Of a DNA stretch of 64,000 nucleotides, positions 34,196-44,631 are shown piece by piece (positions within the stretch are counted from its first letter, which is position 1; every line of letters starts with the position of its first letter). A program made the position numbers and the translations under genes. Under the pieces are notes generated by a model. It searched no databases. It saw only the letters and a list, made by a program, of their open reading frames with translations, and was not told the origin of the DNA. The stretch is from Pseudomonadota bacterium (GTDB lineage: Bacteria; Pseudomonadota; Gammaproteobacteria; Burkholderiales; JAJZQI01), in NCBI GenBank assembly GCA_021851875.1, contig JAJZQI010000005.1:399-64398 (forward strand). Direction: 5' to 3'.

Positions 34196-36440
34196 GGCTA
34201 TGGGCCGGCAGATCGAGAGACATGTGAGCCGTTTTTTCGGGTGTGCCCAGATAAAAGCCTTGCGCATGTGAAAAACCGAGCTGGGTCACTTTTTCCAGCA
34301 GCAGCTCATTCTCGATACCTTCCGCGACCAGGCTGTAATTGGCATTTTGCAGCAGCCGGACGAGATTTTCCACCAACTGCTGCTGACGGCTCTCTTCGGC
34401 AAGACACTGGATCAAGCTGAGATCGAATTTGACGATGTCGACGGGCATATCAGCCAGATAGCGCAAGGAGGAATAACCGCTGCCAAAGTCATCCAGCGCG
34501 ATGAGAAAGCCGGCGCGGCGGAGTTCGCGCAAATGGCCCGTGGCGCGCTCCATCTGTGTGATGAAGGCCGTTTCAGTCAGCTCAACGACGATTTTATGGG
34601 TTTTGAGCCAGGATTTAAGCTGCATCAGCCGGGCAATCACTTCGCTGTTGATCAGGCTCAGTCCGGAGACGTTGATCGACACGCCCGTGCCCGGCGGCAA
34701 CACTTCGTGCGCCAGCGCCTGGCCGATTGCATTGATGACGGCGAGATCAAATTCGATTTCCATCCGCCGCATCTCGATGATGGGGAAAATCCGGTTCGGT
34801 CCCAGTAATTGGTCGTTCGTTTCTATTCGAGTCAACGCTTCGAAATAGTCCGTCTCTTTGGCGGGCAGACTGACAATCGGCTGGAAATGCAGCACCATGC
34901 CTTTACCGGTTTTGATGGCCTCGAATACGGCGCTGACCTCCGGATTGGACAAGATTGCCGTGCTGATTTCCTGCTGCTCGGCATTGTAGGCGACGATCTT
35001 GTGAGACCCGGGGCGTTTGGCCTGGTACATGGCAATATCGGCCTGGCGGGACAGTTCCGACAGTGAATTGAAGTCTTCGGTCAGCGTGTAGGCCAGCCCA
35101 ATGCTGACGACAACGGGTTCGCGCACGCCGTACTGGTTGAAGTCGTGCACTGCGACTTCCTGTTGGCAGCGCTCCGCAATATGCTGGGCAACAACAATAT
35201 CCAGATCAAACAGCAAGGTGCAGAATTCGTCTCCCCCCAGGCGATAGAGTTTGTCCTGCGAGCGCAGAGCCCGCTTGAGCGATTCGGCAATGCCGCGAAT
35301 GACCGCATCGCCAACCTCATGGCCGTAGGTGTCATTAATCGGTTTGAAGTGGTCGCAATCGATCAGCAGCATCGTAAGGGTGAAGCTGTCCAGCTCGCCG
35401 GACAGAATTTTGCTCATGTCTTCGTCGAAAGCGCGCCGGTTGAACGCGCCGGTTAAAGAATCCAGATGAGCCAATTCCCATAGCTTGGCATTTTTCTGTT
35501 CCAGCTTTTCATTCAAGGTCGCCACGCGATGTTGATGCTCATGCAAAGCTGAACGGATGGTTTCGAGTTCGCGCAGTTTAATCATCCACGCGGGGGAGTG
35601 GTGTTGCGGCATGGGGGTGCCGGACGGCAGTTCGAGGATGTGCCGGCTTAGACCGGTGATCGGGCGGATAATGAGAAGCTGGAGCAGGAAAAAACCCAGG
35701 AACAGAAACGCCAGAACGATCAGGCTGATTTGCAGAATTCCGCGTTCCATCAAGCGCGACAGCTGCTTGAATTCCGGATTGTTGGGCGCCTGATATTGAA
35801 TATATTGCGGCGTTTGTGTCCATTCAATATGGTTTGCACCGCCGGGCTCCGTGTGGACGGTGAGCGGATCGATTATTTTGAACAGGCGCCTTTCAGCCAG
35901 CAGTTTGACCAGATCGACGCGAATCGCCCCCCAGCCGATAATGCGAGCTTGCGCCGGGCCATCGTAAATGGGGGTCACTTGCACGGCATAGGGGCGGCCA
36001 TTTGCCGCTGTGATATAAAAATCCGGTTTGGCCGTCACTCGCGCGGGCATGAAATCATTTCTGTCCAGAATGGGGTTGAGGTTATGGCCATCCTGGTTGT
36101 AAAGCGAGACATTGACAACAGCCTTATCAAACAGGCCGCTGGTCAACACGCGTGAATAACGCCAGTAAGCGTAATAGGTGGAGTTGGCCAGCATCTGACG
36201 GGACTCTTCCCAGTCCGACAAGGCTTTGGCATTGGCCGCGATTTGCGCCCTGGCCGCATTCATGCCGGCGTCAAAGTCGGTTTTTGCCCGTTCCTGGATT
36301 TGCTCGTCTGAACGGGCCTGGATCTTGCGCAATTCGTCGAGAATGAAGCCGCCCTGAATCACCACCACCAGTACCATGGCCAGCAGGAAAGCCATGGAAT
36401 ACTGACTGGCGGAGAATGTGGGCAGTTTTTTTAGGGGCAT
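34188..36440 (-). CDS. Membrane sensor diguanylate cyclase/phosphodiesterase (GGDEF-EAL)
   Basis: 750 aa. Two TM segments flank a periplasmic domain. GGDEF is at RLGGDEFCTLL. The EAL domain has YFEALTRIE, DDFGSGYSSL and QGFYLG. Confidence 0.85.
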   Translation of the reverse strand: MPLKKLPTFSASQYSMAFLLAMVLVVVIQGGFILDELRKIQARSDEQIQERAKTDFDAGMNAARAQIAANAKALSDWEESRQMLANSTYYAYWRYSRVLTSGLFDKAVVNVSLYNQDGHNLNPILDRNDFMPARVTAKPDFYITAANGRPYAVQVTPIYDGPAQARIIGWGAIRVDLVKLLAERRLFKIIDPLTVHTEPGGANHIEWTQTPQYIQYQAPNNPEFKQLSRLMERGILQISLIVLAFLFLGFFLLQLLIIRPITGLSRHILELPSGTPMPQHHSPAWMIKLRELETIRSALHEHQHRVATLNEKLEQKNAKLWELAHLDSLTGAFNRRAFDEDMSKILSGELDSFTLTMLLIDCDHFKPINDTYGHEVGDAVIRGIAESLKRALRSQDKLYRLGGDEFCTLLFDLDIVVAQHIAERCQQEVAVHDFNQYGVREPVVVSIGLAYTLTEDFNSLSELSRQADIAMYQAKRPGSHKIVAYNAEQQEISTAILSNPEVSAVFEAIKTGKGMVLHFQPIVSLPAKETDYFEALTRIETNDQLLGPNRIFPIIEMRRMEIEFDLAVINAIGQALAHEVLPPGTGVSINVSGLSLINSEVIARLMQLKSWLKTHKIVVELTETAFITQMERATGHLRELRRAGFLIALDDFGSGYSSLRYLADMPVDIVKFDLSLIQCLAEESRQQQLVENLVRLLQNANYSLVAEGIENELLLEKVTQLGFSHAQGFYLGTPEKTAHMSLDLPAHSPT

Positions 36441-36449
36441 GTCAGGCCT

Positions 36450-37292
36450 TCACTTCAGCAATGTATTGCTGGCATCCAGCAGATCGAATTCGCCGCTGCC
36501 CTCGAAAAAGTGATTGGCCTCCTTGATGACTGCCACATTTGCCTTGGTCGACTTGAGTTGGCTTATCCAGGCATCATTGACCAGATTGTCTTTTTGACCG
36601 AGCACAATGGTGATTTTGAGCGGGCTGCTCTGGATGCGCTTGACCAGATCCTGGCGTGTCCATTTGATATAAGACCAGTAAGCGGGCACGGGGGCGGTGT
36701 AGCGGGGGCAAAACGACATGGGCAGCGTCACGATATCCTTGTCACCGGCTTGGTTTTTTTGTTCGATTTGCGAGCGGATCTGGTTTTTGCTGGCGCCGGA
36801 CAGCATGGTGGAAGAGGGGTCCGAAAGCGAGATCAGTTCCAGCCGCGTGACTGTTTTATCGGGCGCGGTGCTGGCATAAATCAGCGCCTGCAGTGCGCCG
36901 ACACTGTGCCCGCCGAGCATGATTTGGCGGATGCCGCGATTTTTAAGCCAGTCTACCCAGAATGCGATTTCAGCGACATCTGTATCAATGGTGTGATTAT
37001 GGATGGCTTCACAGGAAAGACTGCGGTCGCGATTCGGAATGCCCAGCGACAGCGTGGGCGTCAGAACGGTATAGCCTTCGTCCGCCAGACCATTGGAAAG
37101 TTCGGCAACCGTCGCGTGTTCACGCGTTTGCAAAAAACCATGGATCAACATGATGGCCGGTTTGTCGACAGCCCCCTGGCGAAAGTTGGCTGTCACAGCT
37201 ATTCCGTTCGGCAAGGTCGCTTGCACCACCGCGGCAGAAATGGCCTGAGACAAGGCGGACAAAACCAGCAGTAGGGCCAGTTGCAGTCGCAT
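36450..37292 (-). CDS. Secreted alpha/beta-fold hydrolase
   Basis: Signal peptide, HGF oxyanion region (MLIHGFLQ) and nucleophile elbow GHSVGA. Confidence 0.65.
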   Translation of the reverse strand: MRLQLALLLVLSALSQAISAAVVQATLPNGIAVTANFRQGAVDKPAIMLIHGFLQTREHATVAELSNGLADEGYTVLTPTLSLGIPNRDRSLSCEAIHNHTIDTDVAEIAFWVDWLKNRGIRQIMLGGHSVGALQALIYASTAPDKTVTRLELISLSDPSSTMLSGASKNQIRSQIEQKNQAGDKDIVTLPMSFCPRYTAPVPAYWSYIKWTRQDLVKRIQSSPLKITIVLGQKDNLVNDAWISQLKSTKANVAVIKEANHFFEGSGEFDLLDASNTLLK

Positions 37293-37405
37293 TACTCCAT
37301 CCTCTTATGCGCATTATAAATTTTTCTACATTATGCACGATGAAAGTCAAATTGCCACAATGTAAATGATGTTCGTGTCCGGTGTGAACATATACAATAG
37401 TGGGC

Positions 37406-39364
37406 ATGACCGATATCGAAGAACGCCTGAACGATTTTTTTGCCGCGGAAGGCAGTCTCGCCAGCGTTCTGGGCGGTTACCACAGCCGTCCGCAACAAGT
37501 GGAAATGGCCCGGGCGCTGGCGCGCACCATCGCTGCGAACGGCAAGTTTCTTGCCGAAGCGGGTACCGGTACCGGCAAGACATTTGCCTATCTCGCGCCT
37601 GCCATGCTGCAGGGGGGCAAGATCATTGTCTCCACCGGCACGAAAAATCTGCAGGACCAACTGTTCACTAAAGACATTCCGCTGATTCGCAAGGCCTTGG
37701 GCGTTTCCCTGATTCCGGCCCTGCTCAAGGGGCGGGCCAACTACGTCTGCCAGCATCATCTGGCGAGAACGCAAGCGGAAGGGCGGCTGGAAAGCCGCAA
37801 GGACGCGGCCTATCTGCAGAAAATCGCCCGTTTTGCGGAGGTCACCGCCACCGGCGATAAAGCCGAGCTGGGCGAGGTGCCAGAGGATGCGTCCGTTTGG
37901 CCTTTGGTTACTTCCACACGGGAAAACTGTCTCGGATCGGATTGTGCCCATCATGCCGCCTGTTTTGTGCTGGCTGCTCGCAAGCGGGCGCTGGACGCCG
38001 ATCTGGTGGTGGTGAATCACCACCTGTTTTTCGCCGACGTGATGCTGCGTGACGAAGGCGTGTCCGAACTCTTGCCTGCCTGCAATACCGTCATTTTTGA
38101 CGAGGCGCACCAGTTGCCGGAGACCGCCACACTGTTTTTCGGCGACCTGCTCAGTTCGCATCAGATGATTGAACTGGCGCGTGATAGCAAGGCCAATGGA
38201 ATCGCCTTTGTGCGCGACTATTCGGCGCTTCCCAAGGCTGCCGATGCATTGGACAAGGCTGTCAGGGATTTGCGCCTGGCGTGCGGTCCCGATCCTGCAA
38301 ACATGACCGGCAAACGGTTAACACGCAGCGCCTTCATGGAAATGGAATCGTTTACAACGGCATGGCAGAAATTGCAGACGATGCTGCAGGACCTGGCAAC
38401 TCACCTGGAAAACCAGGCCGAGCGCGCACCGGAGATCGCCAATTGCCATGAACGGGCTGTTGCGCAGTTGCAGTTGCTGCAGCAGTGGGAAACGGATGAT
38501 GCCAACCGCGTGCAATGGGGCGAGGTGACCCGCTTCGGTATCCAGTGTTATTCCACGCCGGTGTCGATTGATGCCATATTGCGCAAGCAGTTTGACGGCC
38601 ATCCGCGTGCCTGGATTTTTACCTCGGCCACGCTGGCCGTAAAAGGCGATTTTTCCCTCTACCAGCAGCAGCTGGGGCTGCAGGATGCCGAGACCGGTTG
38701 CTGGGACAGTCCGTTCGATTATCCCAGCCAGGCCCTGCTGTACGTGCCGGTTGGCATGCCCAACCCCAATGATCCAGGCTATCAGCAAGCCTGGCTGGCC
38801 GAAGTGCTGCCCGTGCTTAAGGCCAGCCGGGGCAGGGCTTTTTTGCTGTTTACCTCGCTGCGCGCCATGCGCGAGGCGCGGGCGGCCGTGGCGGAGGGAT
38901 TGCAGGAAGCCGGCTGTGACTACCCCGTGCTGATGCAGGGGGAGGGCAGCCGCAACGAGTTGCTGGAGCGGTTCCGCCGGGAAGCCAATGCCATTTTGCT
39001 GGGCAGCCAGAGTTTCTGGGAAGGCGTTGACGTCAAAGGCGAGGCCCTGTCGCTGGTCGTGATCGACCGTCTTCCATTCGCGCCGCCGGACGATCCGGTT
39101 CTGACGGCACGCATGGAGCGTGTGCGCCAGGCGGGAGGCAACCCGTTCATGCAATACCAGTTGCCGCAGGCGGTCATTACCCTCAAGCAGGGGGCCGGCC
39201 GGCTGATTCGCGATGAAAACGATCGCGGCGTCCTGATGATCTGCGATCCGCGGCTGGCCGAAAACAAGACCTATGGCCGAAAGATCTGGCAAAGCCTGCC
39301 ACCGATGCGGCGTACACGCTTGCAGAGCGACGTAGTGGCCTTTTTCGCGGAAGAGGATAAATAA
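37406..39364 (+). CDS. ATP-dependent DNA helicase, DinG/YoaA family (Fe-S helicase)
   Basis: Walker A AGTGTGKTFAY and DEAH box FDEAHQL. Fe-S cysteines CLGSDCAHHAACF. The C-terminal helicase motifs include a QGAGRLIR-type motif. The ATG at 37406 is preferred over the GTG at 37400. Confidence 0.8.
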   Translation: MTDIEERLNDFFAAEGSLASVLGGYHSRPQQVEMARALARTIAANGKFLAEAGTGTGKTFAYLAPAMLQGGKIIVSTGTKNLQDQLFTKDIPLIRKALGVSLIPALLKGRANYVCQHHLARTQAEGRLESRKDAAYLQKIARFAEVTATGDKAELGEVPEDASVWPLVTSTRENCLGSDCAHHAACFVLAARKRALDADLVVVNHHLFFADVMLRDEGVSELLPACNTVIFDEAHQLPETATLFFGDLLSSHQMIELARDSKANGIAFVRDYSALPKAADALDKAVRDLRLACGPDPANMTGKRLTRSAFMEMESFTTAWQKLQTMLQDLATHLENQAERAPEIANCHERAVAQLQLLQQWETDDANRVQWGEVTRFGIQCYSTPVSIDAILRKQFDGHPRAWIFTSATLAVKGDFSLYQQQLGLQDAETGCWDSPFDYPSQALLYVPVGMPNPNDPGYQQAWLAEVLPVLKASRGRAFLLFTSLRAMREARAAVAEGLQEAGCDYPVLMQGEGSRNELLERFRREANAILLGSQSFWEGVDVKGEALSLVVIDRLPFAPPDDPVLTARMERVRQAGGNPFMQYQLPQAVITLKQGAGRLIRDENDRGVLMICDPRLAENKTYGRKIWQSLPPMRRTRLQSDVVAFFAEEDK

Positions 39365-39424
39365 AGGTAAAATAGTCCGATCCCGATTTTTGCGTTTGAT
39401 CAAACTTTAGATACTGGAGCCAAA

Positions 39425-39781
39425 ATGAAATTCGTTATTTCCGTTGCAGCAGGTACCGACGATCCGACACGCGCCACCCTCGGCATGATGGCTGCCAAAG
39501 TGGCTGCCGACCAGGGCCATGAAGTGATTGTATGGCTGCAGGGCGAAGCGACTGTCATCGCCAATAAGAATGTGTATGACAAAATCGTCGGCCACAACAT
39601 GCCGGCCATGAAAGGCGTAATGGAAGCGCTGCTCGCAGCCAAGGTCCCGTTGTGGGTGTGCGCCGCCTGCGGCAGCGGTCGTGACGTAACGCCGGAAAAT
39701 ATGGTTGCAACCGCCGCCTACATGAGCATGGGCGATTATGTCGGTGCCGTTGCCGCGTCCGACAGGAACATGAGCTTCTAA
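39425..39781 (+). CDS. DsrE/DsrF-like family protein
   Basis: 118 aa. The small alpha/beta protein MKFVISVAAGTDDPTRATLG...VCAACG resembles the DsrE-like sulfur-relay fold. Function is unknown. Confidence 0.5.
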   Translation: MKFVISVAAGTDDPTRATLGMMAAKVAADQGHEVIVWLQGEATVIANKNVYDKIVGHNMPAMKGVMEALLAAKVPLWVCAACGSGRDVTPENMVATAAYMSMGDYVGAVAASDRNMSF

Positions 39782-39794
39782 TCCCGCTCCGCTG

Positions 39795-40460
39795 ATGCGT
39801 ATACTCGCGTTCGATACGTCCACTGAATACTGCTCAGCGGCACTCTACGTATCCGGCCAGCTGCTTGTGCGCGAGGAGCTGGCCGGGCAAACCCACTCAG
39901 ACCGTCTGCTGCTCATGCTGCGCGAGTTGTTGAGCGAGGCAGGGCTTTGCCTGTCCCAACTGGATGCCATTGCTTTCGGCGCAGGCCCCGGCTCCTTTAC
40001 CGGTTTGCGCATTGCCTGCGGTGTCGCTCAGGGCGTCGCGCTCGGTGCCGGCTTGCCAGTGATTCCTGTCGGCACACTGGAAGCGCTGGCGGAAGCGAAC
40101 GGCGGCGAGCGTGTGCTGGCCTGCCTGGATGCCCGCATGGGAGAGCTGTATTGTGCCGCCTATGCGCGCGTAGCGCAGGGCTGGACCGAGACCGTTTCCC
40201 CGCTGCTTTGCGCTCCGGCGGACTTGCCGGCTTTGTCCGGCACCGGATGGGCAGGCACAGGCACCGGCTTTTCCGCTCACGGCGACGCCATCCGGCAACA
40301 TTATGGCGCGTCCTTGCTGTCGGTCGATTGTGCTTTCCCCCATGCACGGGCCATTGCTTCAGTTGCCGCGGTCAAGGGACTGGCTGCCGCCGTCGATGCC
40401 GGTGACGTTTATCCCCTGTATATTCGCAACAAAGTGGCCAAAAAAATGGGCGAGCGATGA
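39795..40460 (+). CDS. tsaB: tRNA t6A biosynthesis protein TsaB
   Basis: MRILAFDTSTEYCSAAL..., GPGSFTGLRI motif. Confidence 0.85.
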   Translation: MRILAFDTSTEYCSAALYVSGQLLVREELAGQTHSDRLLLMLRELLSEAGLCLSQLDAIAFGAGPGSFTGLRIACGVAQGVALGAGLPVIPVGTLEALAEANGGERVLACLDARMGELYCAAYARVAQGWTETVSPLLCAPADLPALSGTGWAGTGTGFSAHGDAIRQHYGASLLSVDCAFPHARAIASVAAVKGLAAAVDAGDVYPLYIRNKVAKKMGER

Positions 40461-40915
40461 GCCGGGCGGAACTGCGTCAGCTGACTGAAGCGGACCTGGA
40501 CGCCGTGCTGCGGATTGAGCGGGCGGTTTATCCCTTTCCCTGGACATTCGGCAACTTCCACGACTCCATTGTGAGCGGCTATCACTGCTTGGCGTATGTG
40601 GAACCCGCTCAGCCGACTGCCGATATGTACGGCTACGCCATTTACATGGATGGCGTGGAAGAGGCCCATCTGCTCAACATTGCCATCCAGCCCGATCGCC
40701 AGCGGCAGGGGTTGGGCAGGCAATTGCTGCATCGGGTGCTCGAGCGGGCCGCCGCAGGCGGAGCGAAGCGTCTGTTGCTGGAGGTGCGGCCGAGCAACAT
40801 TGGCGCGCTGAATCTGTACCGCAAGGAAGGCTTTGTCGAATTGGGCGTGCGGCGCCAGTATTACCCGGCTGGTGCCGCGCGGGAAGACGCCATTGTGATG
40901 GAGAAGGCCTGGTGA
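40457..40915 (+). CDS. rimI: Ribosomal-protein-alanine N-acetyltransferase
   Basis: GNAT fold with [10 protein letters not shown], following tsaB with a 4-bp overlap. Confidence 0.8.
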   Translation: MSRAELRQLTEADLDAVLRIERAVYPFPWTFGNFHDSIVSGYHCLAYVEPAQPTADMYGYAIYMDGVEEAHLLNIAIQPDRQRQGLGRQLLHRVLERAAAGGAKRLLLEVRPSNIGALNLYRKEGFVELGVRRQYYPAGAAREDAIVMEKAW

Positions 40916-41706
40916 GCGAGCTGAATCGGGAATCGCGTCTTAAGCTGCTCGGTCTGTGGCCGCAATGGACGTTGCGGCCGGAGTTTGCCCGCACGGCCGA
41001 TGCGGCGGAGGAGAACATCCGGGCTGGCGAGGTGGTCGCGTTGCCGGAGCCTGTTCCTGTTGCGGATGCGAGTGCCAAGGCAGACTCGCAAGGCGTCATC
41101 GCTGATGGCCGCGAGAGCATCATGCAGATGGAGTGGGAAGAACTCACCCGCACCATTTGCCAATGCCGCCAATGCGGTCTGTCGCAAACCCGTACGCAGG
41201 CCGTGCCGGGCGCGGGAGACAGGCAGGCCGACTGGCTCGTTGTCGGCGAAGCGCCGGGAGCCGACGAGGATGCCAGCGGCGAGCCTTTCGTGGGGCAGGC
41301 GGGCAAGCTGCTCGACAGCATGCTGGCTGCCATTGGTCTGGCGCGCGGCAATGGCGTCTATATTGCCAATGTGCTCAAGTGCCGACCGCCCGGCAACCGC
41401 AATCCGCAAGAAGATGAAATTGTTGCCTGCGAGCCGTATCTTGCCCGGCAGATCGAGCTCATCCGTCCGCGTATCATCCTCGCCGTAGGTAAATTCGCGG
41501 CTCAATGGCTGCTCGACAGCGATAAACCGGTCGGCGCCCTGCGCGGAAAAATTCACTTTTTCAATGAAATTCCCGTCGTTGTGACTTATCATCCAGCTTA
41601 TCTGTTGCGTTCGCCGACTGAAAAGGCGCGCGCCTGGGAAGATCTGTGTCTGGCGCAGGATGCGCTCAAGCAAACTAATCCACCACTGCGAGAGGATAAC
41701 CGATGA
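40912..41706 (+). CDS. Uracil-DNA glycosylase, family 4
   Basis: CRQCGL...[26 protein letters not shown]...[14 protein letters not shown] motifs. GTG start overlaps the rimI stop. Confidence 0.8.
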   Translation: MSELNRESRLKLLGLWPQWTLRPEFARTADAAEENIRAGEVVALPEPVPVADASAKADSQGVIADGRESIMQMEWEELTRTICQCRQCGLSQTRTQAVPGAGDRQADWLVVGEAPGADEDASGEPFVGQAGKLLDSMLAAIGLARGNGVYIANVLKCRPPGNRNPQEDEIVACEPYLARQIELIRPRIILAVGKFAAQWLLDSDKPVGALRGKIHFFNEIPVVVTYHPAYLLRSPTEKARAWEDLCLAQDALKQTNPPLREDNR

Positions 41707-42293
41707 AACGCCTGTTGACCCTGTTCATGCTGCTGCTTTTGACCGTCAACCTGTCGGGCTGCGGCTACAACACGCTGCAACGCGGTGACGAGGAAATCAA
41801 CGCGACCTGGGCCGAAGTGCTGAACCAGTACCAGCGCCGGGCGGATCTGGTGCCGAATCTGGTCAATGTGGTGAAGGGGTATGCCAGTCATGAAAAGGAT
41901 GTGCTGACCCAGGTCACCGAAGCGCGGGCAAAAGTGGGGTCAGTCCAGGCCACGCCGGAATTGATCAACGACCAGCAGGCATTTGCCCGCTTCCAGAGCG
42001 CCCAGTCGGATTTGAGCAGCGCGCTCAGCCGTCTGCTGGTGGTCAGCGAGAATTACCCGCAACTGAAGGCAGATGCCGGTTTCCGTGATCTGCAGGCGCA
42101 GCTTGAGGGGACGGAAAACCGTATCACCGTGGCACGCAATCGCTATATCCAGGCGGTCAAGGAATACAACATCACAGTCCGTTCCTTTCCCAGCAACTTG
42201 ACCGCCAGCCTGTTCGGCTTCAAGACCAAGGCTTCATTTACCGTCGAAAACGAGAAGGCCATTTCCGCGGCGCCGAAGGTCAACTTCAACTAA
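41703..42293 (+). CDS. lemA: LemA family protein
   Basis: 196 aa with a lipoprotein-like N-terminus (LSGCGYN). Typical LemA blocks YNTLQRGDEEINATWAEVLNQYQRRADLVPNLV. Confidence 0.85.
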   Translation: MKRLLTLFMLLLLTVNLSGCGYNTLQRGDEEINATWAEVLNQYQRRADLVPNLVNVVKGYASHEKDVLTQVTEARAKVGSVQATPELINDQQAFARFQSAQSDLSSALSRLLVVSENYPQLKADAGFRDLQAQLEGTENRITVARNRYIQAVKEYNITVRSFPSNLTASLFGFKTKASFTVENEKAISAAPKVNFN

Positions 42294-42302
42294 GGCACCG
42301 GT

Positions 42303-43142
42303 ATGAGCCCTCTCGCTCGTCTTGCCCGACTGTTGTTCATCGTTCTTGCGTTCCTGGCCCTGCCTGCCCGAGCGGAGGTCGCGGTACCCGATCTGCATGC
42401 GCGGGTGACCGATCTGACAGGAACCCTGACTGCTGGACAGATCGAACAGCTCGATCAGCAAATGGCGCGGCTGGAAACGGAAACGGGCAGCCAATTGGCT
42501 GTGCTGATACTGCCGACCACCCAACCGGAAACAATCGAGGCCTACAGCATCCGTGTGGTAGAGCAGTGGAAGCTGGGGCGCAAAAAGGTGGATGATGGCG
42601 TATTGCTGCTGATCGCCAAAGATGATCATGCGGTGCGTTTTGAGGTGGGCTATGGTCTGGAGGGGGCGATTCCCGATGTGCTGGCCAAACGCATCATCGA
42701 AGGCGTGCTTGTGCCGGCTTTCCGGCAAGGGGATTTCTCCGGCGGTATCGCTGCAGCACTGGACCAGGTGGGCAAGCTCATTCGCGGGGAGAATCTGCCC
42801 GCGCCCCAACCCAAAGCCGCTTCTTCCTCTTTTTCACATGAAGATCTGCTCGGTCCTTTGCTGTTCGGCGTGGTGATGGTCGGCGGCCTGCTGCGGGCAA
42901 TTTTCGGGCCTTTGCTGGGGGCTGGTCTGGCGGCTGGGGTGTCGGCAGTGGTTGCCTGGGTGGTTTTTAGTTCCATTTTTGCCGCCGCGATTGCCGCGCT
43001 CCTGGTGTTTCTGTTTGTACTTGCGGGCGGCCGTTTCGGCGGCGGTTCGGGCATCTCCGGCGGGGGCTTTGGCAGCGGCGGCGGGGGATTCAGTGGCGGT
43101 GGCGGAGGTTTCGGCGGAGGAGGGGCGTCGGGCAAATGGTAA
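42303..43142 (+). CDS. TPM-domain protein (YgcG-like) with TM segments and glycine-rich tail
   Basis: Signal peptide, then the TPM pattern VTDLTGTLTAGQIEQLDQ...LAVLILPTT...GVLLLIAKDDHAVRFEVGYGLEG. C-terminal GGGFGSGGGGFSGGGGGFGGGG. Confidence 0.7.
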   Translation: MSPLARLARLLFIVLAFLALPARAEVAVPDLHARVTDLTGTLTAGQIEQLDQQMARLETETGSQLAVLILPTTQPETIEAYSIRVVEQWKLGRKKVDDGVLLLIAKDDHAVRFEVGYGLEGAIPDVLAKRIIEGVLVPAFRQGDFSGGIAAALDQVGKLIRGENLPAPQPKAASSSFSHEDLLGPLLFGVVMVGGLLRAIFGPLLGAGLAAGVSAVVAWVVFSSIFAAAIAALLVFLFVLAGGRFGGGSGISGGGFGSGGGGFSGGGGGFGGGGASGKW

Positions 43143-43639
43143 ATCCGATCAGACTGATCAGGCACTTGCTCACACCGGGCTGGCTGGTGCATCTGAAGTT
43201 CAATCATGCTGCCATGCAGCAAATTACCGCAGCAATCGAGGCCACCGAAGCCACGCATGCGGGGGAAATTCGATTTGCGGTAGAAGCGGCTCTGCCGCTG
43301 GGGGAGTTGCTGAAAAATTGCGAAGCGACTGGCCGGGCGGTTGAGTTGTTCTCGCGTTTGCGCATCTGGGATACCGAGCATAACAACGGCGTGCTGATCT
43401 ATTTGCTGCTGGCCGACCGCAATGTCGAGATCGTGGCGGATCGCGGCATTTACCGCAAAGTGGATGCGCGCGAATGGGAAGAAATTGCCCTGGCGATGGA
43501 ACAGTTGTGCCGTGAGGGCGATTTCGTCGCGGCCGTCACAACCGGGGTTCATGCCGTAAGCCGTTTGCTGGGGCGGCATTTCCCGGCGCAAGGGGAGGCG
43601 GTCAACGAACTGCCGGACGAGCCCGTGATTGTTGCCTGA
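43136..43639 (+). CDS. TPM-domain protein (second member of the LemA-TPM-TPM triad)
   Basis: 167 aa. HAGEIRFAVEAALP...NNGVLIYLLLADRNVEIVADRGI. Overlaps the previous stop. Confidence 0.6.
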   Translation: MVNPIRLIRHLLTPGWLVHLKFNHAAMQQITAAIEATEATHAGEIRFAVEAALPLGELLKNCEATGRAVELFSRLRIWDTEHNNGVLIYLLLADRNVEIVADRGIYRKVDAREWEEIALAMEQLCREGDFVAAVTTGVHAVSRLLGRHFPAQGEAVNELPDEPVIVA

Positions 43640-43653
43640 ATCGCGTTTTGTGC

Positions 43654-43683
43654 TTGAATTTTTTTCATTTATTCTGGTAAAAT
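43654..43683 (+). promoter_or_regulatory. Candidate sigma70 promoter of rpsB-tsf
   Basis: TTGAAT at 43654-43659, an 18-nt spacer containing TG, then TAAAAT at 43678-43683, about 120 nt upstream of rpsB. Confidence 0.35.
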
Positions 43684-43801
43684 TACTGGCTAACCTGACT
43701 CGATGGTCGAGCAGGTAATACACACACCTTCTGAATTTAGGGTGCCCGGTGCTGCCGGGTTGCTGCAGAGGGTGGCGGTTTAACCCTGAATGGAGTTTCA
43801 A

Positions 43802-44551
43802 ATGTCCGTTACCATGCGTCAAATGCTGGAAGCTGGTGTGCACTTTGGTCACCAGACCCGTTACTGGAACCCGAAAATGTCTCAGTACATCTTCGGTCAG
43901 CGTAACAAGATTCACATCGTTAACCTGGAAAAGACCCTGCCGCTGTTCCAGGCTGCCATGACTCACGTTCGCCGTCTGGCATCCAATCGTGGCACCGTAC
44001 TGTTCGTCGGCACCAAGCGTCAGGCTCGCGACATCGTGCGCGAAGAAGCCGAACGTTGCGGTATGCCGTATGTTGACCACCGCTGGCTGGGCGGCATGCT
44101 GACCAACTTCAAGACGGTCAAGCAGTCCATCAAGCGCCTGCATGAAATGGAAACCATGATGAAGGACGGCTCCATCGAGCGCCTGTCCAAGAAAGAGGCT
44201 CTGGGTCTGCAGCGCGAACTGGAAAAGCTGGAGCGCAGCCTGGGCGGTATCAAGGACATGAACGGCGTGCCCGATGCCATGTTCATTATCGACGTGGGTT
44301 ACCAGAAAGGCGCCGTGGTTGAAGCCAACAAGCTGGGCATCCCGGTGATTGGCGTGGTGGATACCAACAACTCTCCGGAAGGCGTTGATTTCGTGATTCC
44401 GGGTAACGACGACTCCAGCCGTGCCATTCGCCTGTACGCGCGCGGCGTGGCCGATGCGGTGCTGGAAGGCAAGTCGCAAGTCATCAACGAAATGGTCGCC
44501 GGTGACGATTTCGTCGAGGTGACGGAAGCAACAGAACAATCGGCGAACTGA
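43802..44551 (+). CDS. rpsB: 30S ribosomal protein S2
   Basis: [26 protein letters not shown]... Confidence 0.95.
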   Translation: MSVTMRQMLEAGVHFGHQTRYWNPKMSQYIFGQRNKIHIVNLEKTLPLFQAAMTHVRRLASNRGTVLFVGTKRQARDIVREEAERCGMPYVDHRWLGGMLTNFKTVKQSIKRLHEMETMMKDGSIERLSKKEALGLQRELEKLERSLGGIKDMNGVPDAMFIIDVGYQKGAVVEANKLGIPVIGVVDTNNSPEGVDFVIPGNDDSSRAIRLYARGVADAVLEGKSQVINEMVAGDDFVEVTEATEQSAN

Positions 44552-44562
44552 ATCGCCGCCTA

Positions 44563-44587
44563 AAAGGGGCGTAAGCCCCTTTTTTTA
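44563..44587 (+). terminator. Hairpin/attenuator between rpsB and tsf
   Basis: AAAGGGGCGTAAGCCCCTTTTTTT. Confidence 0.55.
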
Positions 44588-44631
44588 TGTCTTGATATAT
44601 CTGCACTGGTTCGAACACAGGAGAGAATAAA

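Noticed and set aside
37331-39403. Minus-strand ORFs of 276 and 361 aa
   Set aside because: They lie antisense to the DinG/YoaA helicase gene and show no motifs.
42650-44539. 629-aa ORF on the minus strand
   Set aside because: It runs antisense to the TPM genes and rpsB, whose identities are unambiguous. Its product is a low-complexity Pro/Gly/His-rich sequence with no motifs, so it is a shadow ORF.
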